From NCBI RefSeq assembly GCF_964194155.1, contig NC_135893.1, positions 25,730,001 through 25,794,000 of the forward strand: a stretch of 64,000 nucleotides of DNA. The letters are read 5' to 3'. The notes below the pieces were generated by a model that was given only the letters and a program-made list of their open reading frames with translations, did not search any database and had not been told where the DNA came from. The DNA comes from Cetorhinus maximus. Lineage: Eukaryota. The position numbers and the translations under genes are program-made. How positions within the stretch are numbered: position 1 is the first letter of the stretch; every line of letters starts with the position of its first letter. Below are positions 23,611 through 36,120 of the stretch, piece by piece.

Positions 23611-25012
23611 CTAAAAAATAAGGCAACTTATTTAGGGTTTTTTCTTGATCAAGCATTAAGGAAACATTAGTCATACGCAAGGGCTCGTGGTTTACAATAT
23701 CTGAATAAATCAAATTCTATTTTTGTTACACAGGGTTCCAGGGTTTTTGACTACTATTTTGAGGGACGTGTCATGATTCCATTGTTTTATGGGTGACTAA
23801 ATGGCCTGAGCTCCCCACCCACTGAGCGGTTTACACCATGCCAGGCCTAACAGGTGCCAACCACTGCCAGCCCAATGCTATTTCCCTCCAAATTGGTCCA
23901 TTATCCATGCAGAAAAGTTTGCTTCCAGAAAACCACCCATCATCGGCTCAGCACGACTGGAAGGGAGGGAGGCAGACTTCTGGTGCAACCAGTTCACAGT
24001 CGCTTCTCAGTGAGATGCCTGAGGGAGCAGAGTTGTGTATCGTGCTCAGCCTGAATCTCTTTTGGAGTTTGTTCAGCTTACTGCTAGCTTGCAATTTCTA
24101 CCTTGCAAATAGACTGTCTTGACCGGATTGACATGTTGGCAACCCTGGTGCTGCAATTAATGTTGTGACAGGAAACTCCCAGTTTCTCGTTGTTAAACTG
24201 ATAAATCACTGCACAAATGCGTATGTTTATGGAGGTGAAATTGAAGCTTATGAAAATAGGGTTGAAGTATGAGGGGTTTGCATTTCTCGACACGAAGCAT
24301 AGAGCATCAGGGTGACATTCACTCCCAAAGCACTAAGATTACATCTCAGGCTAAATGGGGGAGACTGCAAAATGCAATGGAGGCTGCCCCCTCTGTGGGT
24401 GTAATGCACAGAAAGGTCCCGCAAGGTGGCCCATCACCTCACTTTATTTGGGGCCAAGATAAACCAATGAGAAACCAAGACAAATCAGCCAGAGTTCCTG
24501 CTTTGTGTTGCTATTCAGCCCTCCTTGCTGGAAAATGTGAATAATAGCCCTCAGCCAAACAGCCTGTGGGATCTCACTGTTTAGACACATACCTTTGGGG
24601 GAGGAACTGGAGATTTGCTGGTGCCCATGCAACCGGACTCCAGTGACCCCCAGGAAAGGGTGAGGATTTGAGGGCTAGCCGCATCCCCTTCTGGCATCTC
24701 CTTTGGCCAAGGAACTGCGGTCAAAGTGGTATCACAGGGCACCCGTTAGCACCAGTTGAGATGTAAGGACTGGTTTTCCAAGTATGTCTCACGGACTGGA
24801 TGCACAAATCAGGAAGGAGAGAACATTACAGACCCCTGCCTGTGGTTTCTGCATACGTCCATCTCCCCTCACCACCCCCATCCCGCTGCAGTAGCCTGTA
24901 CTCAGAAATCATTCCGGAATCTGTATGATTACCAGGGTTCAGAAAGGGCTTTGTTTTGGTGCCATTCAGCATTCCTTCTCTGGGAGATTCCTTGCCCTGC
25001 TGTTCATCTCAC

Positions 25013-25123
25013 CTGATGCCTTTTCTGTATCATAACATTCTCTCTGACATCTGGCATGACATACGGGTAGGGCTTGTAGTCAGCTCGGTATGTGGTGGTC
25101 CCAAAGCAAGTCCCCTTGATGAA
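25013..25123 (-). CDS. CFAP107: CFAP107 coding exon 2
   Basis: cag acceptor, FIKGTCFGTTTYRADYKPYPYVMPDVRENVMIQKRHQ, GTGAGA donor; 111 nt, phase 0/0. Confidence 0.88.
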
Positions 25124-25189
25124 CTGCGTGAACCAAAGGAAAGAAATGCTACAGTGAGAACTTACACTGGAAATGAAGAAGTGGCTTAA

Positions 25190-25470
25190 TTGACACTCCA
25201 TCCACCACCTTAACCATTCATTGCCTCCACCTCCAGCACACCATGGCGACAGCGTATACCATCTACAAGATGCACTGCAGTAACTTGCCGAGGCTCCTTC
25301 AACAGATCTCCCAAACCCGCGATCTTTACCACCTAGAAGGACAAGGGCAGGAGGCACATGGGAACACCACAGGCTGCAAGTTCCCTTCCAAACCACACAC
25401 CATCCTGACTTGGAGACACATAGCTGTGCCCACACAGTCATTGGGTCAAGACCCTGGAACTTCCCCCCTA
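25190..25470 (+). mobile_element. LINE 3' ORF fragment (CR1/Crack-like) in CFAP107 intron 1
   Basis: YTIYKMHCSNLPRLLQQ-type decayed ORF end; a related piece lies at about 57840-58020 on the minus strand. Confidence 0.55.
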
Positions 25471-26143
25471 GAACCAAGAGCAACATGATTCAATTGCTCC
25501 TTCAAGGAGCCAGTATGGACTCAACAGTCCCACTCACCCGCCCTTTGCCCTTTTGAAAGCTAATATTGAATCTTCCTCCACCACACTCACGTTCAGTGCA
25601 TTCCAGACCCTAACCACTCACTGCATAAAGAGGATTTTCCTCATGTTGCTCTTGGTTCCAGGGAGGAAGCTCCAGGACATTGACCCAGTGACTGTGCGGG
25701 TAAAGCCATGTGTTTCCATGTCAGGGTGGTGTGTGCTTTAGAGAGGGGCTTGCAGGTGGTGATGTTCCCAGTCCAGCAAGAGGACAAATTAAACACCAGA
25801 GCTAAAAGTAAAATATACACTTCTTTAGCATCCAGGGGTCTCCATCCTACCACAAACATTCCCTTCTTTTTACCTCGCTCCCTCATCCTGACTCTGTAAA
25901 GTTGTTTAAAACTTCTTTCATCTCCAACTTTTTCCAGTTCTGATGATTGGTCATCGACCTATTTCTCTCCCCACGGAAGCTTTGTCTGTTTTTACTTCAG
26001 ATTTCCAGCAACCTCAGTATTTGGCTTCTGTCTCCTTCTTTCCCTTGCGTTGGCTGACACAATAATGCAGCTCTGTGCCCAGAGCCACGCGCGAGTGAAG
26101 CATCCCTCCCTCCCTCCCGCCCCCGGTGGCTCCTCCCTCTTAC

Positions 26144-26278
26144 CTTCTCCCTTTCCTCCACCCAGTTGCCGAGCAGCACTCGGTTCTGATAGCGCTGGAG
26201 TGGTTTCCAGCTGGGCAGTGTTCCCAAGGGGTCGGGGGAAAATCGATCGACAAGGGGTAGAGGGCAAATCGATGCCAT
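26144..26278 (-). CDS. CFAP107: CFAP107/C1orf158 coding exon 1
   Basis: ATG at 26278; MASICPLPLVDRFSPDPLGTLPSWKPLQRYQNRVLLGNWVEEREK then GTAAGA donor (phase 0, 135 nt). Matches the recalled C1orf158 N-terminal motif PSW...Y...VL.GNW.EER; synteny with AADACL and DHRS3. Confidence 0.9.
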
Positions 26279-26314
26279 GTCTCTGCAGCGGCATGTGCCG
26301 GGCTCCGAACGTAC

Positions 26315-26356
26315 GTGTGTCACTTTCAGTGTGTCACTTTCAATGTGTCACTTTCA
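26315..26356. repeat. 14-bp tandem repeat x3 (RTGTGTCACTTTCA)
   Basis: Directly visible between the CFAP107 ATG and its X-box. Confidence 0.9.
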
Positions 26357-26363
26357 GCCTCTT

Positions 26364-26385
26364 TGTTTACCGTTTCCATAGAGAC
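26364..26385. promoter_or_regulatory. forkhead site (TGTTTAC) plus RFX X-box (GTTTCCATAGAGAC) upstream of CFAP107
   Basis: Two motifs 1 bp apart, about 90-110 bp upstream of the ATG of a ciliary gene. Confidence 0.65.
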
Positions 26386-29300
26386 TGCCTTCATCAATAC
26401 GCCACTCACAGCAAATTCCAGGCGCCGATCTGACTTCACTTTCTGTATCTTGTTATGTATTTTCTATAACTCTATAAGGTCCCAAATTTACCATCTGGGA
26501 TCAGCCCCCTCTGTGCTGCCTCCAGTGGACAATGGACCAAGTAGTCACAAATTTGGGGAATTTCTTTACAAAGCTGATGACCAAGTACAGTGGGTGATGG
26601 GTAAGTGTGACAAGACAAGACAGTGGATTTATTTACAAAATAACCAGGTGCTGCAATGGAAAGATGGCACGGCTGATATTCTGCAAGGAAGAGAAAGATG
26701 GGCAGAAGGGCCTTCTTCATCCCAAACTATCTTGTGATCTATACAAAATGATTGAAGTCACTGGTCTATTCATCAGCTTTTCACACTGTAGAAAGACTTC
26801 TCATTCTAGCTCTCCATAATCGGATGTGATGTGATGTAACTTGCCAGGAGTTAGCCCTGGCTTTGTCCATTATAACATCACAGCGGGACATTAAACCAGG
26901 CTTATGATGTCTTGATACATAAGAAGTTCAGAGCAGTTTGTTGAGAGGGTGGTAGTGATTGTGATTAATGGCTGTATGCCTTTGACGGTTTAAATATTCT
27001 GATATAAACTGTAAATTAACAATTAAGCACAAATCAGGAAAAAAAATGTTTATTTCAGGTTTCAAAAAGCCAAGCAGATTAAGATTGCACAGGGAAAGCA
27101 TCTATATTATCAGGCTAGACTTTTCTGAGTATCAGATTTCACTCAGTTGTGATACTCATGCCTCTGACTTTGTGTTCAAACCACACTCCAGAGACTCAAG
27201 CATTTAATCGAGGCTGACACTCCAGTGCAGGGAGTGCTGTATTGTTGGAGGTGCTGTCTTTTGGATGAGACAGTAAACCCTATTTGCTCACTCAGGTGGA
27301 TATGAAAGATCCTTTGTCACTATTTTGAAGAAGGGCGGGAGAGTTATCCCTAGTGTCCTGTCAATACGTTTCCTCAATCAACATCACAAAAACTGGTCAT
27401 TGTCACAGTGCTCCTTCTGGGACCTCGTAATCGCATATTGGCTGCCACATATTCCACTTTTTGAACAGTAACTCAGAAGTAGAACTTGATTGGCTGGAAA
27501 GCACTTTGAGATATGAAAGGTTCAACATCAAGTTTTTCTTTTATAGTCAAAATCCGGTTTCTTTCATCCAATTAGTTACTTTATCTCATTCTCTCAGATA
27601 CAATCCACCCACCTTCCTCCTCATCCCCCACCCCCCCCACCCCCACCTCACCCAGGGGGCATGTGGTAACACATTGGCCTGTCTCCGACAGTGCCACTTT
27701 GAGTCCAGTCAATGGAACCTGCAAGCCAACCCTGAATCCCAAATTGCTACAACATTATGTGTCTGAATTGTGCCAATTTTCTGGAGTTACATGAACTGGC
27801 GTGGAGAATTTGCACTGCAATCTGAACCTTGTGACATCACTTTGGCTGGAAATGCTAGACCAATTATGGGGTGCATATTCAAATGAGGAAGTCATGACTG
27901 AGCCATATGTCAGTTTTTTGTCATAACTTCCTGAGCAACAGTGAGTGCTGATAAGACCTTCATTTCTTAACACTGGCGCACTCCCAGTGCATGCTCTGCC
28001 CCTCACCCATCAGATTGTGCAGACACCACACTTCTGTCTGCCAGGATGGCAGCCATATCCTTTCAGTTGCTCCAGATCTCACAATTTCTTTACCTTCTTA
28101 ATGCTCAGATAGTGCGGTTGACAGAAACTGGAATCAGTGTAGGGCCAGACACACAGATGGAAGTCCCGCTGCACCATCAGAGCAGAACTTCTGACTAGCA
28201 ATGTACCAACCCACAACGAGACTCTTCAATAATCAAAGGTTTTTTAATTAAACAATCAATCAGGAAAAAAGAAAAAGTCAAACAATGAAATCTACTCACA
28301 TTATAATCCAGACTGGTTTAAACAGCCAAGTATTATGATTGAGATGGAGCACAGCAACCTTTCCTTTACTGGCTCTCTCAAGCATTGACCAGATAGGATG
28401 AGCACGTAATGTCACATAGCATAATTGCTATCTTTATGTCTATTCTTCATCTGGCAAGCTGGACAGAAATATATCATTATGCTATGCAACTGCATGGGGC
28501 ATCGCAGATGCTCAAGCCTGAGAAGAGGGGAGAAACACTGGAGAGGAAAGTTATTTTTAGAAGAAATATAAATACATGGAAAGAAGTAGCTTCATAGCTC
28601 TCAGCATCTGAATCACTTGAGGAGGTGATAGTAGTGCTAATAATCGCTCATGTCCACCCAGTACTCTCTGTGTAACAGTGTCGCTTGAGGTGCCTCTTCA
28701 TTGTAAATATAAGGGATCATATTCTGTTTTTCCTTCCAGTAAGGGAGCCTTATCTACTGGGAGTGCATGTCGGAGATTTGGTCCCTGCTGCTCATGATCT
28801 CCTGACCATGCAAATTATTGGCTGGAAATTGTGCATGATGTGCATTCCAATTCCTGGTTTATTCTCCCTGTGGCAAGGTTCGGAGTGGGAAGTTGGGAAA
28901 ATGCCTCTGCAGTGTAATCTCAACTTTTGCAATCTGCCCCCTACAGAATTGCCGGGTTGGTGCTGTTGGTAATAGATATTTTTCTCCTATTCTGTAGATT
29001 CAAAAATTGCTAATGTCATTCCATTATTTAAGAAGTGTGGTAGAGGTAACCGCAGTCCTATCAGTTTTAGAGAAGCTGCTAGAATCTGTCACTAAGGGCA
29101 GATTGACTGAGCACTTAATCCAACATGAACTGATAGAGAGAGTTAGCATGGCTTCATTAGAGGTAACTAAGTTAACTGAATTTTTTGAGGTGCTTACTAA
29201 TAGGGTAGATTGACAAAGAGTGTCTATAAATGGTATTTATGGACTTCCAGAAATCATTCAGTATGTGTCCCCACAAAAATGAATGCTCACAGAAATGGCA

Positions 29301-29478
29301 GAAGGCAGGAATGGGGATAATGGGTATGTACAGAAACAGGAGTGTATGTTGTGCATGTGCATCCCAACTCATCATGGCACAGTTTATATAATTACCTCCA
29401 TTGTGCATGGTTCTATGGTCTCCAATACCTTGAGCAAGATATTGATCCTGTGCCTACAATGAGTACAGCAAACATTCA

Positions 29479-30262
29479 CTATATGTCTTTAAGGAAGGAG
29501 ACAATGTTATCAACAGCCTGTTTCCCTGATGGGAAGGTCAGGTAACCATTATTGAAGAAGCTGATTATCCCATGGAAACCATCTTGAACATGGTACCAGG
29601 TTACTGGAACACCTTTGTCTTCTAGCCTCTTTTTGAACAGCAGGCCATCATCCCGAAGCACGTCAAACTCGCAGGTCAAAATATAGGCTGGCGGCAATCT
29701 CTCAATGGCAGCATCATTGGCAAGGAGAGGGGAGAAGGTCGGCTCTAAGGTGGGCTTAACAAGATCATAAACATCATCATCATGTGTTAGGACAAGGTTG
29801 GGCTTGTGACCTCTGACCTGAAACTCGCTGGGGATCAAGTCTGCCTTTAGCCACCTCCTGTAGTTATTTTTGATTTCCACTGGTAGGTGCTGGCCTGACA
29901 GTACATCCTCCCCCAGTGACATGTCCCCATTCAGATACTGCAGAAAGAAGAAGACCATGCGTGTTCGAAACAGGAGGGGCACATATTGGTTTTGCTGATA
30001 GGAGGGGAGGTTGAAGTCGACCATTTGGAGGGCTGGGTAGATCAGGACCTGGGCGCAGAGAGCTGGCAAATCCGAGCTCTCTTCCATGGCAGTGATCCTC
30101 AGACATACGGCTGCAGTCAAGTTGCCCCCAGAGCTGTCCCCACTCACAACAATCCTGGAGCTGTCGACTCCGTAATCTTCTGCAGTCTTGAGGAAGTGCA
30201 GCGTGGCATTTAGGCAGTCCTCAAACTGAGTAGGGTACCTGTGCTCAGGTGCAAGGCGGTAC
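29479..30262 (-). CDS. AADACL4: AADACL exon 4 (catalytic triad, terminal)
   Basis: ccag acceptor, YRLAPEH...GDSSGGN (Ser)...CEFDVLRDDG (Asp)...GFHG (His)...FLKDI-TAG; 784 nt. The gene totals 1251 nt (416 aa), HSL/GDXG lipase family. Confidence 0.95.
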
Positions 30263-30585
30263 CTGGATAAACCAATAGGAAAAAAATTAGATCAAATAGG
30301 GTTAGTCTTATTAGCAACTTTGGTTAGGGAGATCCACAGGGCAGGGCACCAGCAAGGTTGAAGAAAAAGCCTGTACTGCTTGAGGTGGTCAAGCCAGATT
30401 TGGCAGTCAGATGCCATGTCGCCTCTGACCTCTGACCTATGGACTTCAGTTCACACAAGTGGCTTTTGTACCAGGGAAATAGTGGTGGGGGGTGGTGCGG
30501 GTGCAGGGAGGGGGACGCTGCATAGTCATCAGATCTGAAGGGCTGGAGGTTTTCAAGAGTAGAGAGATGAAAGGTAGACAGCAAG

Positions 30586-30586
<1 letters not shown>

Positions 30587-30625
<39 letters not shown>
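30587..30625. repeat. (TG)n microsatellite
   Basis: Directly visible; others at about 41853-41878 and 59191-59216. Confidence 0.95.
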
Positions 30626-30626
<1 letters not shown>

Positions 30627-32544
30627 GGAGAGGGGAAGAGGGAGTCCATCTCCAGTTTGGAGACTCTAGGGGGCTTTTAAATGCAGAGATTGAGAATCAA
30701 CATTCAAAGATTTAGCTAAGAAAGGTGAAGGGTGAACAATGAGAGTCTCAAAGGGGAGGTTGAGAAGGTGGCTATGATGTCTTTGAATGTGGACAATATA
30801 CCTGAAGAGTATGAGGATCATCTAAGGCGAAGACTGAGGATTAGCCACACCATTTCCATAGTGAGGTGCTGGGACATGCAGCTGTGAGGGCATCTCCAAG
30901 GAGGGACAAGAAGTCACTAAGGTGAGGTTGAGAATGGGAAGGACATTGTTCATAAGAGAGCAGGCATTTTGCAGAGAGATCTGAGGAGAAAGACATTTGA
31001 CGAACTCACAAGGGGGAAAGAGGGAGATTCACTCGGGAATCAGAGTGGACATGAAATGAAGGAGAGGAAGATTGAGTTGAATGGCAGGAAATCTGACTGA
31101 TGGAGAAAGAGCCCCATGTGGAAACAAGGCTCCTCAGGTGACTACTTTATTGTGAGGGGAATTGATTACAAAAGTAGGGAGGTTATGTAGATTCTTGATT
31201 AATAGGGGGGTTATCGGAGGTAGGCAGGAATGTGAGGGGTTACAATCAGATCAGCCATGATCTCATTGAATGGTGGAGCAGACTGGAGGGGCCGAGTGGC
31301 CTCCTCCCGTTCCTAATTCGTATGTTCGTATAACATGAGGAATGAGGTGGACGAGGCCCAGGGAGGCTATGGGCCTAATCAGACAACACATAAACTGGCC
31401 CTAGTGGAGGAATTCAGGGGAAGCCTTTTAGAGGCATGAGGACGTGGAGCTTGCTATCACATGGAGCGGTTGAGGTGAAGAGCATAGATACATTTAAGGG
31501 GGAGCTAGATAAGTGTGTGAGGTCGAAAGGAATGGAAAAACATGTTGATGGAAATTAAGTAAGGTGGAAGGAGGCCCACGGGGAGCATGGAGACTGGAAT
31601 GGACCTGCTGGGCGGAAGGGCCTGTTTCTGTGTTGTAAGTACTGTGTAGTGGAATCATGATGGATGGGATGCAGAATCAGCAAGGACTAAAGCAAAGTAC
31701 ATAAGGCAGGAGAAGGCAAGAGTGAATGGCAGGGAATGACTGGGAGAGAAGAGGCCGGAATCACTCATCCTCAGAAAAGCCAGCCCAGCCTTTTACAACA
31801 GTAAACTGGATCCACATGCCCCAGTGTGTGAGTAGGCCCTGTATGATTGACCCGGATCAGGCAGAACAGTGATCAAACATCACAATTAACAAAATGTTTA
31901 GAGCAAAACCTCCCACCAGATAAGTGTTACTAAGAATAGGAGGAATAGAATGCTCTGGACCAAGAGATGTGTGGAAACGCACTTCTCCTAGCGATTTCGT
32001 AAAGCTGCGAGGACAGAAGATTTGCTTTAGTCCTAGGGAATGAAATGGGGCGAGTTAACTGATGGGGGAACAATTGGGAAATAAAGGGTATGAAACAATT
32101 CGGAGCAAAAGTAAGAAATAAAAAGAAGTAATAAAAATAGTGGAAGGTGAGCCTTTGGGAGCAGAAAAGGACAAAGTTCAAGGCGATGAGGGATTTGACC
32201 CAAAGTAACTGGGGCAAAAATGTTAGCAAACAGGATAATGGAGCAACAGCGTGAAATCTGCAAATATCAGGCAGTTAGCATATAAGATAAACATAACACT
32301 AAACTGGGTGCGACAAGACTAGAGCTCCATGGATAACATAGGAAGATTGGAATTGCTAGACAAGACCACAGTCCATCTAGTTTGGGCCTTCTACCATCCT
32401 GGTAGTAGCTTAACACAACAATATAATGGAGTTGTTGACCAATCTCTATAAAGAGAGAGAGTAAAAATGTACAAATTGGGGCATGAGATAAAATTAGACC
32501 TCACACTACAGTATATAGTCATCAACATTTTAAAAAATGTATTC

Positions 32545-32910
32545 TTTCATGGGATGTGGGCATTACTGACAAGGCTAGCATTTGTCACCCACCCCTAATT
32601 GCCCTTGAACTGAGTGGCTTGCTAGGCCATTTCAGAGGGCAGTAAAGAGTCAGCCACATTGCTGTGGGTCTGGAGTCACATGTAGGGCGGACCAGGTAAG
32701 GATGGAAGATTTCCTTCCCTAAAGGACGTTAGTGAACCAGATGGGTTTTTACAACAATCGATGATAGTTTTGTGGTCACCATTACTGAGGCCAGCTTTAT
32801 TATTCCAGATTTTTATTTATTAATGTGAATTTAAATTCTATCAGCTGCTATGGTGGGATTTGAACCCGTGTCCCAGGGCATTAGCCTGGGCCTGTGGATT
32901 ACAAATCCAG
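32545..32910 (-). mobile_element. tRNA-derived SINE (Meta-domain-like core)
   Basis: B box GGTTCAAATCCC and core TGGTTCACTAA.GTCCTTTAGGGAAGGAAATC; second copy at 8695-9045. Confidence 0.7.
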
Positions 32911-33767
32911 AATGTAGCAAATGTCGTTGAAGAGGTCGGGGGGTGTGGGGGTGTGGGGGTGGGGGGTGGGGTGTGTGGGAGATGCGTAAAGGGAGATCAG
33001 GAGGGCTATGAAAAGGAAAGCAGGTCTTTTAGAAGGAATGTTATCACAAATAAAAGAATTTTCAGGAGCGGATAGGATACCTCAGAGAGAAAGCAAGCAA
33101 TGGATTGGTAGAGGATAAAGGTATGATGGAGATATTGAATAAATATTTTTTTGACTTAAGTCTTTTTTAACAAATGATGGTGGAAATGTAAATGTTGGAC
33201 ATGGGACAATTGTTCAGACTAACTGTAGAAAAGGACTTGGATCTCAAAAATAATTAGCTGAGCTCGAGGTGGATAAGTCAGCGGGTCCTTCCTGATGGCT
33301 GAACCCTGGGCTTTTGAAGGAAGTCAGAGAGGAGAAAGCATGGAATCTGGCCACAATATTTCGATCTTCCTCAAGTTGCGGGATTGCAGAGGAGCCGATA
33401 TTTAACCTCTGTTTGAGGAGCTGGGCAGGGGGGAGGATAAACCCAGGTATGAATTGACCTGTTAGCCTAATGGGCAAACCTGTAGAATCCCCAATTCAAG
33501 ATAAAATGAGAGACTATTTAGGCATGTACCTGGCATGTGTTAAAATTTTATCGAGCCAAGCAAGGGAAAGATTAGACAGAAAACAAAAGCATCCCTTTCA
33601 CTCCTGAATGAGATATTGATTGGAGAGGAAGAATTAGGCTCCTCTCTGTGCATCACATGGCCCAAAGCAGTACTGCTTTTAAAAAGATTGAGATCAGCCC
33701 AATATTAAGAATTTGCCAGTTTTATGAAGAACCATTTCCTCTGTGCAAGCAGGCGGCAGATACTCAC

Positions 33768-33831
33768 TCCACAGATACCACAACCGAGCCTGTTTCCTTG
33801 GCGATGTACCGGCACAAATGTTCATAGTCAT
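33768..33831 (-). CDS. AADACL4: AADACL exon 3
   Basis: ccttag acceptor, (N)DYEHLCRYIAKETGSVVVSV(E), GTGAGT donor; 64 nt, phase 1/2. Confidence 0.9.
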
Positions 33832-33957
33832 CTAAGGAGAGAAGACACATTAGTTACTAGGAATTCATTTTGTGTTGTCAGGATGAGAAATGTAAATGCT
33901 GGGGAATGGAGGATGTGACATTTCAGGCTTCCAGTATCAGCATCAAGTAATCTCAGC

Positions 33958-34115
33958 GCAGGTACAGTATGAGTTAGATACAGAACAGAGCTTCCTCTAC
34001 ACTGCCCCATCAAACACTCCCAGAGCAGGCACATCACAGGTTAGATATGGAGTAAAGCTCCCTCTGCGCTGTCCCATCAAACACTCCCAGAGCAGTTACA
34101 AGCACAGGTTAGATT
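33958..34115. repeat. about 65-bp minisatellite remnant, 2 copies
   Basis: CCCATCAAACACTCCCAGAGCAG...GGTTAGAT repeated. Confidence 0.75.
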
Positions 34116-35483
34116 GTTAATGTTGAAAATGTACTGCAATAGAATTCATGCTTTAAGTTGGTAATTAAGCCCATTTGGGAAAGGATTAGGGAATCATTGC
34201 AGGAGTAGATAAACCAGTCCACTCAGGGTGTCTGGAAGGAACTGGGAGAGTCTGTGACTTTACTTTGCTGCCTTGGAAATGAACTTGTTTTAAGGTACAG
34301 GCCAGCTTCAGACTCATTCTTCCTCAACACACAATTATTTGAAGTAACATAGACATGGAATGAAACTCTGTCTGCACTGGGTTGACAGCCAGTGGGAGTT
34401 GCTTGTGCCCAATGGGTTTTGGTATTCTCTCCTTATCACAAAAGGGAAGTGGGACACTTTACCCTTGGTTTCTGCCAGCGAGGAGATGGTACTCTAACAA
34501 TAAAACCCGTGAGGAGGGCAACAGGAAGCCATCTCAGTAGCTCTTCCCCAATGAGACTCTCTCATGATTCTTTTGTCTTGAGTTTGGGGGTGAACACAGT
34601 TGGCAGACGGACCTCGGTACAGCAGTGCCCATGTTTACTGTCTTCATGGGCTGCATGGGATCTATTGCAGCCTCATCAAGTTTAAACCTCTGTTCTGTTA
34701 ATATACCGTGGATCTTCCTGATATAGGAATAATCGACAGCACTAAGAACAGCTCTCTGCAAACATCTTGCAAAGGTCAACTCAAGCCAGCCAGTGAATAT
34801 AAATCTAAATTGGATCATGTTGCCTGAGCTTTGGGAGCTAATTGCCTGGACTTGCTGACCTTGGCCTGTGGTTTGCACTCCTCAGATTTCATCAATATTT
34901 GCACTGGCTGATAGCACGGAGGCTGCAAACCAGACGGTCCAAGGTCCGGTCCCCAGCCTGTGCTGCTAACTGACCTAAGCCTGGACAATGACCTAGGGTG
35001 CTACAAATAGCTAGTGCCAGGGAGAGGAGGAATCAATACACTCCTGACTGTTACTGATTCCTTAGAACAAGTTTGAGTGTGGTTGCTGGTTGAGGTTTGG
35101 CTGAAAAGGCCCTCAGTCAAACAGCCTGGAGGTTAAACTCCCCCTGGGTGTTTTGATAAAAACAAGAAAATACTTGCATTTATATAGCACCATTCATACC
35201 CTCACAATATCCCACCCAGCTTTACAACAATGAAGGACTTTTGAGCTGTGGGACCATACTGTGCACAAAGTGGAGTTCCCCATATCAACAATGTGGCCAT
35301 GAACAGATAATCTGTCTTAGGTGTTGGTTGAGAGATGAATATTTTCCAGGAACCCCAGGAGACATCCTCTGCTCTTCCTTGAACACTCTATATCCACCTG
35401 AAAGCAGACAGGGCCTCTGTTTAATGTCTCCTATCCAGGGAGATGGAGTCCGGGTTATCAGGGAGCATGTCTCTGACACTCAC

Positions 35484-35709
35484 TTATAGTGCCAAACACC
35501 CATCCGCCACCATGAAAGAACAGGATCCCTCGTCTTTTTCCTGCAGCCGCTGACCATGGTTGGTAAACCCTCACGGGGACACCGTCAAATTGCACGTCCT
35601 GGGTGATCAGCCCAGCATCTTCCTTGCGTTTTGTCCTGAGTGCTTTTGAGCGCAGGTAGCGAACGAAAGTGATCTGCGTTCCAAGACCCAGGTTCTGTGC
35701 GATGTTTCC
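35484..35709 (-). CDS. AADACL4: AADACL exon 2 (HGGG oxyanion motif)
   Basis: ccag acceptor, GNIAQNLGLGTQITFVRYLRS...FDGVPVRVYQPWSAAAGKRRGILFFHGGGWVFGTI, A|GTGAGT donor; 226 nt, phase 0/1. Confidence 0.93.
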
Positions 35710-35754
35710 CTGGATGGAAAGGGTGAGGGGGAGAGGGGGTTAAAATATATCCAA

Positions 35755-36120
35755 AACTTGCATTTATATAGCGCCTTTAACATAGTAAAACATCCACGGG
35801 AGCGATCGGCAGACATAAATTGTCACTGAGCCAAAGACGGACATTGTAGGACAGGTGACCAGAAGCTTGGTCACAGAGGTAGGATTTAAGGAGCGTCTTA
35901 AAGGAGGTGAAGAGGTTTAGGGAGGGAATTCCAGAGCTTAGAACGTAGGTGGCTGAAGGCCGGGCTGCCAGTGTTGGAGTGAGAGGAATGAGAGATGGAC
36001 AAGAGGCCAGAGTTGGAGGAGCTCAGTTCTTGGAGGGCCGTAGGGCTGGCAGAGGCTGCAGAGATAGGGAGGACAGAGGTCATGGAGGGACTTGAATCTC
36101 AGGAGGAGAATTGAAACAGA
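35755..36120 (-). mobile_element. L2-clade LINE 3' fragment
   Basis: FKSLHDL.PPYL and AFS....LWNSLP remnants with AAAGGCGCTATATAAATGCAAG tail. Related pieces at about 3840-4130, 21560-21820, 22620-22860, 30320-31000, 51755-52120, 58560-58850 and 62400-62680. Confidence 0.7.

Noticed and set aside
30426-30438. Perfect DR1 (TGACCT-C-TGACCT), also present at about 29807
   Set aside because: One copy is inside an L2 remnant and the other is dictated by AADACL codons; no independent support.
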